A DNA stretch of 64,000 bases, from positions 102,114,001 to 102,178,000 of the forward strand of contig OX597815.1 in the NCBI GenBank assembly GCA_951406725.2. The letters are read 5' to 3'. How positions within the stretch are numbered: position 1 is the stretch's first letter; every line of letters begins with the position of its first letter. Both the position numbers and the translations under genes were made by a program. A model generated the notes under the pieces. The model saw only the letters and a program-made list of their open reading frames with translations, ran no database searches and was not told where the DNA came from. Positions 38,351-52,570 of the stretch are shown here, piece by piece. This DNA comes from Octopus vulgaris (taxonomy: Eukaryota).

Positions 38351-38948
38351 GATAGTATGTGTAAATGGTGATTAACTGTTAAATCTCGTAGGTTAGTTAG
38401 TAAATGGGCGTGAGTTCAGTCCCTGAGTCACACAGGCTAAATACTCTCTGACTGAAGCATAACAAACAACCAGCATCACAAATAGCATAAAAAAATCTAA
38501 TAATAGCTAGTATGGACGACAGAATGAAAACAATCTACATCTATTGGTTTAGTGAAGGATTTGGTTCGAATTCCATGAGCGTCATCAAATACGACAGACA
38601 CCTGTAAAACATCGGAGGGTACAACGACAGAAATGTTATGATTATAGCAACTAAGATCGTACTTAGTTATGCCAGTGTATATATATATATATATATAGAT
38701 AGATCAATAGTAAGGAGAACAGAGATTTCTATATACAGTTTTATTTTGCAGTCAATCACGTCTTTCCATTTTTACACCTCTATAGGTTATACCAGTGATA
38801 ATTCTTCTTATGTATGTATGTGTGTGTGTATGTATGTATGTATGTATGTATGTATGTATGTATGTATGTATGTATGTATGTATGTATGTATGTATGTATG
38901 TATGTATGTATGTATGTACGTACGTATGTATGTATGTATGTATGTATG

Positions 38949-38993
<45 letters not shown>

Positions 38994-39381
38994 GTCTATC
39001 TATCTATCTAGCTAGCTAGCTATCTGTCTGTCTGTCTAACTGTCTACGTATGTATGTATGTATGTATGTATGTATGTATGTATGTATGTATGTATGTATG
39101 TATGTCCGTACGTATGCATGTATGTATGTGTGTATGTATGTATGTATGTATGTATCTATCTATCTAGCTAGCTATCTGTCTGTCTATCTGTCTATCTGTC
39201 TATGTATGTATGTATGTATGTATGTATGCGTGTGTGTGTGTGTGTATGTGTGTGTGTGTATGTATGTATGTATGTATGTGTGTGTATGTATGTATGTATG
39301 TATGTACGTATGTATTATGTATGTATGTGTCTTTGTCTATGTAAGTCTGTATGTATGTATGTATGTATGTATTTATCTATC

Positions 39382-39428
<47 letters not shown>

Positions 39429-39469
39429 GCATGTGTGTGCGCGAGTATGTCGCCTTACCAATACGTGAT

Positions 39470-40120
39470 GACATTTCGTCATCAATGCAGTCATTTGAGG
39501 ACAGTGCACCTGCAAGACATTCAAGGTTATATACACTTTTTTAGTTCTGCCCCACGCACTTTTACACCAAGGAATACACACAGTGCATGTCCTACGAAAA
39601 GTTGATACAGCACTTTCCTTTCTTGTAGTGTTGATAACAAGAAAGCATTTACAGACAGTAGTTTAAAGACATTTAAATTCTTAATTTTTGCTTGCAATCT
39701 GCCATTATATCTGTCCATAAGGTAAATATCATGAAGAAGTGTTCTGCAGGCTTTCTGCCATATGGCAGAAAACTGTAACACAGATTTGGGACAGTGGAAT
39801 TTTTTGCATTGCTAGTATAAATTAAAGTTAATATGACTGTCATCATTCCTATATGGGGTTGAAACGTGGGAAGTGTGCCAATCTTATTTGTAAAATCTCA
39901 GTCATTTTTACATGTCTAGCCTAATGAATATGCTAGGCATAAGTCGGAGGACAATATTTCATAAACAAAACTTCTCAGAAGTGCCATGTTTGTTTTCTAA
40001 GCAAATCCAGCTGCTTTGAGCTTCACATGTGAGAATGCTTGACTCAAGACCGCCGAAACTAATCTTATTTTGAGCCTGCAAATGGATGTTACAGTATTGG
40101 TATATCTCGTAAAAGAATCA
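39470..40120 (+). mobile_element. Decayed RTE-like LINE
   Basis: FLYGVETW and HVRMLDSRPPKLI motifs. Confidence 0.55.
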
Positions 40121-40778
40121 ATAATGCACTGAAAGCAATTTTAAAAGACAAGATAGACCCAAACTCGTGTACGTACATACTTATGTAAGTATGTATGTGT
40201 ATGTATGTATGTATGTATGTATGTATGTATGTATGTATGTATGTATGTATGCATGCATGCATGCGTGTATGTGTGTGTATGTTTGTATGGGTGTATGCGT
40301 ACATCTTTATATAAATACATGCATGTATAAATGTATGTATAAATGTTTTTAAGAATGCCTGCTTATATGTATATGTACGCTTGCATACAAGTATACCTGG
40401 ATGTTTATATGCATGTGTGTGTGTATGTATGTATGTATGTATGTATGTATGTATGTATGTATGTATGTATGTATGTATGTATGTATGTATGTATGTATGC
40501 ATGCATGTATGTATGTATGCATGTATGCATGTATGTTATATCAGGTCATTCTAAGTGCTTCTGATAACATGTAACCCTGCACAACGTGTCGGTCGGACTG
40601 TTGCCGGTTAAACCGGCAATCCTACTAAGTCCCTTCGGTAAAGTGGGATGTTTTCTTTGGACAACTTGCCGGACGAAAAGCAAAACTGTCAAAGTGTTGA
40701 TGAACTCAGTGGAGTTAATGGCAATTGAACAGCTATGAGTGAGAGGTCCCTGTTCTTTGTTTAGACATCCCTCTAGAT

Positions 40779-41134
40779 CAGGGGTTCTCAACCATTTTTT
40801 TTTTTTATCTATGGACCCTTTTAATTACTATTTTATTCTGGTGGCCCCCTCATTGCCATTTGATTTTTAAAAACTAGTTGTATAGAAACTTCTCTCAAAA
40901 TTCCTATTTTGTTTTTAACATATTAATTTGTGTAAGTTGAACTATGTAAAATGTTAGAGAAAGAAACCTAACTGTTTCTTGCAATACATACCAATACATA
41001 CACCTGAATCAAAATTTTTTCAGGGGCCTTAAAAATACTATCGTGGATCCCCTGCTTAGTATTTTGTTGCGTGGACCCCAAAAATCTAATATAGGACCCT
41101 TAGGGGACATATGGACCTCGGTTGAGAACCACAG
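40779..41134. mobile_element. hAT (Charlie-type) MITE
   Basis: TIRs CAGGGGTTCTCAACC / GGTTGAGAACCACAG; perfect 8-bp TSD CTCTAGAT. Confidence 0.92.
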
Positions 41135-41387
41135 CTCTAGATGGAAAACTCTGGTGTAGCATCTGTGACTTTGTTTGAATCCATTGATGTAGGCTGGTTC
41201 TTCTTTTGAGGCAAATGCATATGTTGTTTAGAGAGTGAGATTGGTCCTGTGCAAGGTCTTTCATCATTAAATAAAAATACTTCAGGCACAAGCGTCTCTA
41301 ACATTTTTATTTTGTGTTGTATACTGGCCGTAGCTAAAAAAACAACTATAGATCAATATATATATATTACTGGTGAAGGTCTGTTTA

Positions 41388-41447
41388 TAGGGTTACCCTG
41401 GGTTTCTCACTATAAAGAATATCTTTATGGCGTATCATCAGACCCTA
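41388..41447 (-). ncRNA. Type-I hammerhead ribozyme with intact core
   Basis: Minus: TAGGGT-CTGATGA-ta-CGCCATAAAG atatt CTTTATAGTG-a-GAAA-CCC a GGG-TA|ACCCTA. Confidence 0.85.
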
Positions 41448-42077
41448 AGACTTGCTGGCCAGCATAGGCCCTATAAACAGGCCTTCGTCAGTAATAAATA
41501 TAAACTGGTCTACTTCTTTCTTGAATATGCAAATAAAGCTTTTATACTATTATGCTGGCCACAATGGAAAATTTCCATGATGGAATGAATGCTAGTAACT
41601 CTAAACATCTGCTGCAAAACTCGGCCATCGTTACCATATTTCTGCAAAAGAGGAAAAGCCACATCTATGATGCTTTAAGAGGCAACCAAGTGAGTGTGTT
41701 GTTTGAAACTGAGTTTCAGCCATCATGCATGTATCTCTTTATATGCTGATATGTATGTATATATGTGTGTAAGTACGTATGGGAATTAATGCCTGTGTGT
41801 GTGTATGTGTGTGTGTACGTGCGTGTGTGGGAGAGAAAGGGGGAGGAGAGAGAGAAAGTCTATATAGCTGAAGTAGATTATACCAATTCCGACCACTCCT
41901 GTTTATCTCCTTCTTAATATCCGTAATCGTACAAACCTCTCGAATCGAATAATTTTTCACCAATAAACTTGTCAGTGTATTAGAGCAGCAGTATCCAGAC
42001 TTGCCGAGTCTCTGGGATTGGTGAGATTGGTGTGCTAAGTATTCATTTCAAACAACTATAGATCAAAGTTTGAAGAA

Positions 42078-42147
<70 letters not shown>

Positions 42148-42298
42148 TATAAGAGTGTATAAAGATTTATACACGGAGAGAAGACTCCTGACAGGACTTC
42201 TTGCATGCTAAAAAGGGAAGTTAAACCCAAACCACGAAAAAAGGAATTCTTAATGGCACGCTGCTAATAAGCACTAGAGTGAATAAAATATTAGTCAA

Positions 42299-42367
42299 CC
42301 GTATACTCGAGTTTCTCGCTATTAATGACCAAATAGATTAATTTGGTATCTGTAGCTCGTCAGTAGG
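42299..42367 (-). ncRNA. Type-I hammerhead motif in a PLE-like fragment (42147-42683, bounded by a 47-bp direct repeat)
   Basis: Minus: CCTA-CTGACGA-GCTA...TAGC-ga-GAAA-CTCGAG-TA|TACGG; palindromic ACTCGAGT stem III. Confidence 0.7.
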
Positions 42368-42682
42368 ATCGTTAAAGAATGCATAATTATGTAGTTGTAA
42401 TACGTATGGAAAACACGAGGCAAACACATATGCAAGACACCCCTCTATACATTACGGATTCAAACTTAGTGCGCAAGCGTAGTCAGAATAGCACAGCAGT
42501 AAATTAATTTAAATTGTGTACTATATAGCTTAAGAATTGGAAAAATTTACTGCAGAGGTATAAGGGTAAAATATTTAAATAATTTATTACCAGTAGTTCG
42601 CATGGTTAATACAAGTCATAAGTCATAAAATAATTTATATAAGAGTGTATAAAGATTTATACGCGGAGAGAAGACCCTTGAC

Positions 42683-42752
<70 letters not shown>

Positions 42753-42825
42753 TGAATTAATAAGGAGAACAGAGATTTATATAACCAGTTTTATTCTGCT
42801 GTCAATCATGTCTTTCCATTTCTGC

Positions 42826-42916
42826 ACCTACATATGTTTTTGCTGCACTTTTGTGCACACTGCAAAATGTTGCTTCTTTGTGTGCATTTTGGTGTTAATT
42901 ACCGCTTCTTCAGGGT
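42826..42916 (-). ncRNA. Degenerate hammerhead motif
   Basis: Minus: ACC-CTGAAGA-agc...gc-AAAA (GAAA mutated)-CATATG-TA|GGT. Confidence 0.5.
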
Positions 42917-43389
42917 CCTATTAACTGCATTTCAGATCCACAAGTCCAACCAAAATATTTCAAGCACGTGGTGTTAGTGTTCTAAAAATAGCCTAAATTC
43001 TGACCTTTTCAACTCTGCTGGTTAGAAAAACAACTGACCGGCTGTCCAATAATGGGTCAGTAGTCAGCAAATGCATTTTACACTTCGAGTGGTGAATGGT
43101 AGTATATTTTGTATCAGGTTACTTAATGTATATTAATGTTATTGTCGTTAGTATAGTAACAACCCGCGAAAATTGAGGAGAATATAGGACTCTCGGCCTT
43201 ACCATTAATGGTGCGAAACTTAGTAATACAATCTGGTTGATAACTGATAAAGAATTAGGGACCTTCTGCATCTGTCTTCCGTCCAGTTGTGCATTCAGTA
43301 TACGTAATCCCATTTTAACTTTTCGGTTGTGCATTTTCGTTTGTGTATTTACTATAGATATATATATATTACTGGTGAAGGTCTGTTTA

Positions 43390-43449
43390 TAGGGTTACCC
43401 TGGGTTTCTCACTATAAAGAATATCTTTATGGCGTATCATCAGACCCTA
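43390..43449 (-). ncRNA. Type-I hammerhead ribozyme, identical to 41388-41447
   Basis: Same sequence 2002 bp downstream. Confidence 0.85.
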
Positions 43450-43525
43450 AGACTTGCTGGCCAGCATAGGCCCTATAAACAGGCCTTCATCAGTAATAAA
43501 TATAAACTGGTCTACTTCTTTCACA

Positions 43526-43623
<98 letters not shown>

Positions 43624-43857
43624 ATACATATATACATGTGTGTGCGTGTGTATCTCTAATTTTGTTTATGGGAAACGCTTTGAATATGCAAATAAAGCTT
43701 TTATACTATTATGCTGGCCACAGTTCAATGGTGTTGACTGGTGAACCAGTTTTTTGGGATCGCATCGAGCTGTACCGATATAATTTTGGATAAATATAGT
43801 AATAATAACAACGCATTAAATGTTTATAAATTCCATCCAAGGATTATTGTTATTATT

Positions 43858-43924
<67 letters not shown>

Positions 43925-43928
<4 letters not shown>

Positions 43929-45765
43929 GAAAGTAAGAAGAGAAATAAGTGAAAATGCACATTGGAAATCAAAAAAAGTAAAGGCTTTTAATGAAAAATA
44001 ACAATTGATATATACAATTAGATGAACTGAGGTAGGAATAAAAGTAATAAAAGTCAATATTACGAATTGTTAAAGAGATTTAAAAGCATGCCGGTTTCGT
44101 GAATTTATTTATCATTGCTTTGAATGCACACCGATTAGCAAACGGTGTCTGGTCTACCAGTCCCTGAGTAAAACGATTATGTGTAAGGGAGGTAAGTAGT
44201 TCTGGATTTGGTGCAATTAGGCTAGATATAGATCTGTAATGTGAATGGTGTATGGGATGTATGGGGGTTAGTGGTATTAATTGAAAGGTTAGTAATGTTC
44301 TGTATTATGTTGTGTTCATATTGAGTTGTGGAAGATATTTATTGATGAAAGTTGTGTCTTTATTCATTCTTTTTTGTACTGAGGTGTTCTGTAAACATTG
44401 ATACACGGGGAAAATTAGCAAATTAGGATTAAGATTCCTAGCAGACCTTTCTATGTGTTCACTAACATGTATCTGTCTGTATTGTGGGTGGCGGATTTGT
44501 TTTTTGTGGAGAGTGGTTCTTCGACAGAGTGATATTCCTGTTTGGCCAATATAATTATGACCACACCCCAAGCATGTAATGGCATAGATTAGATTTTCCG
44601 TATCACAGGTGAAATCTGATTTAATCTTAAATATTTCACCTTGTTTAAAGTGGAACTCTGAACCCTCCAAAAGGTGGGGGCATGTACCACAGTTAGGTCG
44701 ACTACATTTTTTTCACTTTTGGTTCTGTTGTTAATAGAAATAGTCTTGCGCTGGTTAATATTTTTTCTATGATTTTGGTTGCATTTTGCTTTTGATAATT
44801 TTGTGTGAGCCTAAAATTTTATTCATTGTTTTATCTCCTGTGAGGATGGGTAGATTTTGGCTGACAATGTTGAAGGCTTCGTTGTTTCTAGGGTTACGTG
44901 TAGAGATGTATGGGAGTATTTTTAAGTCTGGTTTACTATTTCGGTTGACTTCCCATAATGTTCGTATATCTATTTTCATATCTCGTTTAATACCATCATT
45001 TATTAATGATATTGGGTAATGTCTTTTATTTAGTATTGATCTGAATTCAATGAGTCTTCGTTCACGAGTATAGGTGTCCGAAACTATGGTACAGTTTCTT
45101 TTCGCTAGATTATAAGGTATATTAATTTTCATATGTTTATGGTAGCATGAGTTGAATAATAGGTATTGTTTAGAATCTGTGGGTTTATAGAAGATGTCTG
45201 TTTCGATGTGGTTATTGACTATTTTAATTAGGATATCAAGAAAAGGGAGTTGTTTACTGCTGTGCTCCATGGTGAATAGTATGTTGCAATTAATATTGTT
45301 AAGCATTATTTTGAAATCGAGGAGTTTGTCCATGTTGTCTTTCCGAAGTATAAAGCAATCGTCCAAATACCTCTTCCAGTTCTCCTTTAAATAGCAATGA
45401 AATGAGGTGCCATATTTCTGTAGTGATGATTGATATGTTTTAAGCTCTAGGTAACTCATTACAAGGTTCGCAATCACTGGAGCAGCTCGGGTTCCCATTG
45501 CAATTCCACATTTTTGTCGATAGTAAACTGTATCGAACATGAAATAGTTGTTCAGTAGGATGAATTTGAGTGCTGCGATTATGAATATGTGGTTGATGTG
45601 TCCTGGGATCTCTTCTGGGTATTTTTGTAGCCAGAAGGTGATCGCTTCTATACCATAACTGTGTGGGATATCGGTGTACAAATTCACCACATCGAATGAT
45701 ACTAACCGGGTTCCTTTATTTATTGTCTTCGGGAGGTGGTTGAGCATGTCTAAGTCATTCCTGAA
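43925..45765 (-). mobile_element. Penelope-like retroelement (Neptune-like), 5'-truncated; RT 45747-44767, GIY-YIG 44670-44305
   Basis: RLVSFDVVNLYTDIP, GIAMGTRAAPVIANL, WKRYLDDCF, LPFLDIL, FYKPTD; NLIYAITCLGCGHNYIGQT; degenerate HHR downstream at 44083-44121 (AAAGCA..GAAACCGGCA|TGCTTT). Confidence 0.93.
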
Positions 45766-46052
45766 CGCTCACACCCTAAACGCTCACATCCGAGTGAATG
45801 AGGATTAGGTGGTTGTGCGGATCTGGTAATAGGGCTCATAAAAGGTGGGATTCAGCTAATACATCGGTCCGGGGCCTGAAGAGCTAAGGAAGAGACCATG
45901 AATATCTGACGGGGTCCTTCTCCCCCCAAAAAATTTTAAAAAGAACTCAATATCTTTTGAATTTCGACATGATCCTCATCGTACCTACTTCGGATAGGTC
46001 CAAATATAGTCATATTCTACCTTGAAAGTTTCCGTACATGCATACATAAGTA

Positions 46053-46104
<52 letters not shown>

Positions 46105-46220
46105 AATACATAAGTACGCACATACATACATACATACATACACACACACACATACATACATACATACATACATACATACATACATACATACATACATACA
46201 TACATACATACATACAAACA

Positions 46221-46252
<32 letters not shown>

Positions 46253-46399
46253 CACCTCTTCTTTTAGTTATTGAGTTGTGGACATGCCGAGCCAACGCCT
46301 TGAAGGGTGTTAGTCGAACAATTGACCCATGTACATTTTAAGTTTGGTAATTACTCTGTCAGCTTTTTTATGCCGAACTGCTAAGTTACGGGAAAATAA

Positions 46400-47973
46400 A
46401 GAAACCAAAAAAGACCATGCATGGGTATGTTTCCCGAAGACTTGAAAAAGACAGTAACAATGATATGAAGCGAAGCCTCTCTTGGACTCGCGACCACTAC
46501 ATAGCACACGCTTCAAAGTGTGATTTGCAGTCCAAGAACAGGAGATTGCTGCTAAATACCTGATAAACAGAGGAGACAGTGAAACCCTTGGAGTTCCAAG
46601 ATCCAACCGAAAAAGTAGATTATATTATATATCTGTGGAAGACATCACACATGTGATTAGCAGCTACCCCAAAACGTCATCAGGTACTACTTCCCTATGC
46701 GACACAACGTTGTCGCAAAAACAATATACAATGCCCTTCAGGAAAAAGACTGTCCCGGAATAAATATAGAGAATCGCTCATTTGTTGAATACGTACTCAA
46801 ATATCAGTACATGCAATACTAGTGGAACAAAATATCTGTCAAGTGTAAGCATAACAAGCCGAATATTTTTGTGCTGGATAGTCAGGAAAAAGTATGTACC
46901 ATCATAGAGGCCAGCTGTCGTGCTGGTGTGAATAGCTCTTTGAAAATCAAAGACAAAGAGGATAACTATGAACAGCTGCTTCGAAATCCCCTGATTGCAA
47001 ATTTACATTTGTACCAATAATAATTGGTGTACTTAGATTTGTAAGTAAATGCCTCACTGTCAGTCTGGATAAGCTTGGATTTTCAGAAAAAGAAATCAAC
47101 CATGTGACTCGCACATTACAAATACAATCTGTAAGCGGGACTGTGAAACTATGCAAGATTTTTCTCAGGTTTAAAATGTGACATTGTTTTCGTTACCTAC
47201 ATTCCAAGGATGGATCTTTGTATCTTTGTCAGAAAAACAGTTCCTTCTTCAAAGGACGGATTTAAATAATTAAAAACCGAAGAGAAGCATACATACATAC
47301 ATACATACATACATACATACATACATACATACATACATACATACATACATACATACAAAAAGGAATACTGGTGGAATGTACCAGTGAAGACCTCAATAAA
47401 ATGTAAGCACAACAGATCTGATACAATGATTTGGGATAGAGAAGAGAAATGGTGCACAGTTGTGGGAATTAGCTGCCCAGCGAAGGTTAACACAAAGCTG
47501 AAGATCAGTGAAAAAGAGGACACCTATGCTAACCTACTGAAAAATCTGTAGTTACTCTACCCGGATTACAAGTTCAGGTTTATACCTGTAATTATTGAGG
47601 CCCTGGGATATGTAACAAACTGCCTAAATACCAATCTTGGGAAATCAGTCTTCTCAAAACCAGAAAGGAGAAAGCTAATTCGAAGACTACAGATTCAGGC
47701 CATCACTGGAACTGTAAATATCTATAAAACTTTCCAGAAGTTTATTATTTAAATACATATGAGCATGTCTAGATATGCAACTATATGTATAAGAATACAT
47801 ACATAAAACATACAGATCTGCACATGCATACATACATACATACATACATACATACTTACATACATACAAAAATACTCTGTTGTTGTTGAAATTCCAATGA
47901 AAGAGCCTTGTATCTAGGTTAGAAACCGGTTATTTCTCTATTGGCAAGAATTCTTGAAATAAATTGAATAATG
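46400..47973 (+). mobile_element. Two tandem R4-like LINE 3' fragments (46400-47287 and 47357-47973), separated and followed by (ACAT)n
   Basis: EDITHVISS, KCKHNKPNIFVLD; second copy EYWWNVPVKTSIKCKHNRSD, colinear with 20495-20950. Confidence 0.85.
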
Positions 47974-49090
47974 ACATACATACATACATACATACATACA
48001 TACATACATACATACATACATACATACATACATACATACATACATACATAGGAGTTAATTGTTGTCTGTGAGTAATGGTAAAATATCTCAATTCTAACCA
48101 GTTAGCCCTCTGTATAGAGTAATTACTCCATCCTGCAGAAAAAGGTGTTTAACCTGGATGTAGTGTAGTTAGAAAAAATTCAAAAGAAGAATTTTTTCTT
48201 CCGTTATACCAAAAGCACACTGTGTAAATGATGGTATCACTCAGACTATGATAAAATATTTAAAAAAAACAAAAATTCAGAACAGAAAGGTACATGAAAG
48301 GTACTTTATTATCGGCTACCAATACAAAGCTACTTGCTTCTATCGTGGTTAATCAATCTTATCAACAAGCTTTCTGTGGTGCATATGAACACTAAGTCGA
48401 TTGACATTGAGAAAAACAAGTCTGGAGCAGAAAAAGAACTCTGCTCACTTGACAAAGAACTAACGGCCAACTCTCACGTCTGAATCTAACGTATAAAACG
48501 TATACAGCTTGTTGGAAACTTTTCTTCCAGAATCAACGCGATAATAACAATATCATAACACTGAAAATACAGCTGGGAAGAAAAGAGTTTGGAGATATGC
48601 TGAGCAACTTCTAATCAACAAAAGTGTAAAGGCTGACGTTTGACAACATAGGAAACATTTTGGATACTGTCTGGTTTGGTTATAAGAAAATATTCGATCA
48701 TATTCCCCACTCGTGGATGCTAGAGGCCAATCGACTAGATCATAATCAAAGTATTCGGTTTTATCTTAGATTGCTATTCTACATTTAAGCACAGGAAGTA
48801 ATTATATTGTCTCACAAGACTACTTAAAATATTTAGTTTTATTGTGATATTGTTTTGTACTTGTAGCGAACCTCTTATCTGAAGTGTACGAAATTGCTTC
48901 ACAGGAAGGCAGAAACATCAGCTTAGTTTGATACATAACTTCTTTGTGAACGGCGGAAAGTGTGGGATACGGCGAAAGGCCTTAGCCAGATTACAACAAT
49001 CTCAAAACAATACTGAAATATAGTTTGGCTAAGATAAATGTTCGCGCCTGATTATAAAACGAAGAAAAACTACAAGTCAGTGTAATAATT

Positions 49091-49301
49091 TTTCCTACAC
49101 TAGGCACAACGCCCGAAATTTTTGGGGAGGGTGCCAGTCAATTAGATCGACCCCAGTACGCAACTGGTACTTAATTAATCGACCCCGAAAGGATGAAAGG
49201 CAAAGTTGACCTCGGCGGAATTTGAACTCAAAACGTAAAGACAGGCGAAATACCGCTAAGCATATCACCCGGTGTGCTTACGTTTCTGCCAGCTCGCTGC
49301 C
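49091..49301 (-). mobile_element. SINE B
   Basis: Reverse complement of the head and Deu/Nin-like domain. More copies near 15118, 24225 and 53515. Confidence 0.85.
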
Positions 49302-49499
49302 TTCAAGCCAGTATAATAATATCTTTATCAATGGCTTGAGTATTTGTCCAGTTTCCAACAAAGAATACTACAGCTACAAAGGGATGCATCAAAATATATC
49401 CTACGATGGCACTTATACTTAGATAACTTAGGTGTGTTTCGACCAAAGATTGTTCCAGGCCATGTCTAACTTAATAGCACCACCTGATAGGATTAGCTA

Positions 49500-50465
49500 A
49501 ATCCTTTTTAAGTCAAATTTTTTGGTATCATGGCCCATTCGAGTAGGGAGTTCTTGTTGAGTAAGTTTTATCCAGGCTTATCTGGTATTCCTTGAAGAAA
49601 TTTGTCCAGATTCCGTTTAACGGTGATGGGATCCTTTCCCCTTTGATCTGTTTCGGGACAATGTTAAATAGGGCAGGGCCTGTTGAGGAAAAGAAATTGT
49701 GTTGCGGTGTATTTATGTGTTGTGATCCTGAATTGGGTAGGAGACGTATGGCCCGTGGCCCTACCCTTGGGTGAATTTTGAAGCTAATGTTGAGTTCATT
49801 TGCACAATGCTGGTGGTATATTCTCCACATCGTGCAAATGATGTATCGCCCACGGTGGTGCTGGAGAGAATAGAGTTTCAATGCTTTAAGGTGGTCCCAA
49901 TAATCGAGATCAGTCATGCCCTTAATTCTTTTAGTGAATGATCTCTGGGGTGATTCAATTTTCGAAATTTTTCTTTCTTTCTTTTTTTGTATGGGGAAAC
50001 CACAGGGTGCAACAGTATTCGAGGTGTGACCGTACAAAGGAGGAGATAAGAGGGATAATGACACCTTGTTCTCTGGACCGGGAGGTTCGTAGGATCCAGA
50101 AGCTCATCCTATGAGCTATACCGACCTTATTGTTGATGTGGGCACTCCAACTGAGATTGTTTCAACAATTACTCGCAAGTCTCCGATATTATTAGATGCT
50201 GTGAGTGGTTCCCCTGAAGGAAGAGAATATGGCTGTTTTAACAGTCTTTCTTCCAAAATGTATCAGCTCAAATTTTCCCTCGTTTAGTCGCATTTTGTTT
50301 TTGACTCACAGCATATAGGTCAGACTAGAGTTCAGTTCGGTCTTCTTCATTGATAATTTTCTAGAGCTTAGAGTCATCAGCGAATATTTTCATTTTGCTG
50401 TGTTTTATGACGCTGAAAGGGTCATTTATATAGACTATAAAGAGAAGCGAGCCCAAGACAGTAAC
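49500..50465 (-). mobile_element. CR1-group LINE RT/C-terminal remnant
   Basis: Minus-strand LGSLLFIVYIND, KIFADDSKL, KIESPQRSFTKRIKGMTDLDYWDHLKALKLYSLQ. Confidence 0.8.
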
Positions 50466-51476
50466 TAGGAACGTGTAACTAGGGAATATTATACTCGGGC
50501 TAACAAAACAAGCACAATATGATTCTTAGGGCTCTCTGTGTAAAATAAATTAGGATTTTTCGGCGGCTAGTTGGTGTAACAGTAATCTAACATTTAAGAC
50601 ACTCAACTGGATGCTAGAAAAGATCTGGTTTGGATGTCAAATCCGGTAACGACTAATTACTCACAAACCCGGAAACTACGAAGTACTTCCTCCAAATCCC
50701 CACATCATTATAAATATAGACCTTCGCTACTTAAAATGAAAACAAAGTGGTAGAGGATTAATTGAAACAAGCTTTGAATGTTGAATCATATCCCTCCCAC
50801 AATATCAAATGAACCGTATCACGTCGAAGTGCATCCATAGTACAACTCAACATACAAGATGCAAATTGCACCACAAGAGGTAAAAAGCGGCTCTTCAGAA
50901 AGTATTCCCTGACAGAGACATTCTCTGATAAAAGTTGCAGAATTCTACATCAGACAAAAGGCACCTTCCTTATAATTCAGCTTATTGCATGACTATGGGG
51001 TCGATATAATCGTTTGTATGTCCTTGTTTGTCTCCTCTGTGTTTATAACATAGATAACCAGAGTTAAATCTAACTCGAACCAACAACCGCTGTATTAGGC
51101 TGTTATTTTTGTTGTTGTAGTTGTTGCTTTGCCCCAAGACAAAGTCGATCGAGTAAACTTACGATAACAAAATATTCCAGTGGAACAATCCCGCTTTGTT
51201 TTTTCGTCTAGTCATAGTGTAGTCCGGACCGCAGTATTCAGTGTTTCCTTTAATTTTAAAAACGATAGGATATGATATGAAAAACATTGATTGCTATTCT
51301 AACACCAGATGCGATTACTGCTCTGATGTGTACGTAAATGACCCCGATATATTGTTCTGGTTGAAGTGTTTTTCGTTTTCCACTGGAGCCTAACAGGCTA
51401 ATGTGTTAATGACCTATATTAGATGCTACTATTATTCGAATAATGCAAACAGTTTCTTCTTATACATGCCCTCATG

Positions 51477-51575
<99 letters not shown>

Positions 51576-51717
51576 GCCCCAGCATGGCCACAGCTTTAGA
51601 GCTGCGTGTGTTCGCAATGAAAGAGAGTGCGGTGGAAGAGAGGTGGCTCGCCTAAGGTATATGAAACAAAGTAGTAACACCACCACAGTATGGGCTATGA
51701 CGCAGTAATCTCCCCCC

Positions 51718-51756
<39 letters not shown>

Positions 51757-51887
51757 GTGTGCATACATGTATATATATGTTTGAGAGGGCATTGTTCTAG
51801 AGTGACAGAAGTGATATATCAAACAAATAAGCGAATAAAAAGATACAGATATGGGGTGTGGTGATATAGTTATTCATACACACATTC

Positions 51888-51940
<53 letters not shown>

Positions 51941-52570
51941 TATCTGCGAGTGCCAGAAGTTATTTCAACTTGATTATAAAAAGAAAATAAAGATGAGGTT
52001 CTGGGAGGAGATTCTGTTCTTGGGAAAGGCGAGATCAATTAGTAAATATGTATGAAGAAATATAACAAGTATATTGTTGTGCAAGCGAATAAAATAGCAG
52101 AAAGTTTAAAGGAGAAAATACCATTTGATTGTGTTAAGCTAAAGAGTTGGGAAACGATGGTCATGATTATAGATAAAACACACAGAACAGGTTCAGAAGA
52201 TATTAATACACTTATCGATAGGTCAATACTTAATATGGGTAAGTTAAGCAGTTTTCGTGGGGAGGCGGAAAATAGACGCATTCCAAAATTATTTTAGCTT
52301 CCAAAATTGTGTAATGTACAATACAAGATTAGATTTAAAGTGATTTTAAGGTATTGCAATGCAATATACAAGCATTCTGGTTTAATTTTGGGAAGGAACA
52401 TTAGGGCTTGCGCCGAATTGTTGACTAAGATCACCAATAACATAAAGGAAATAGAAATAAAATACAAGTCCATGATTTTCTACACTTGACATATTTAGCA
52501 TTAAAGCTAGTGGACGAAGAAATGTATATAATTTTGACTGGTACAAAATTTTTAAATAAAAAGAAACATA

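Noticed and set aside
43478-43495. Second CTGATGA (minus strand) in the inverted arm beside the HHR
   Set aside because: Followed by GGCC..GGCC but no GAAA; it is part of the tail, not a second ribozyme.
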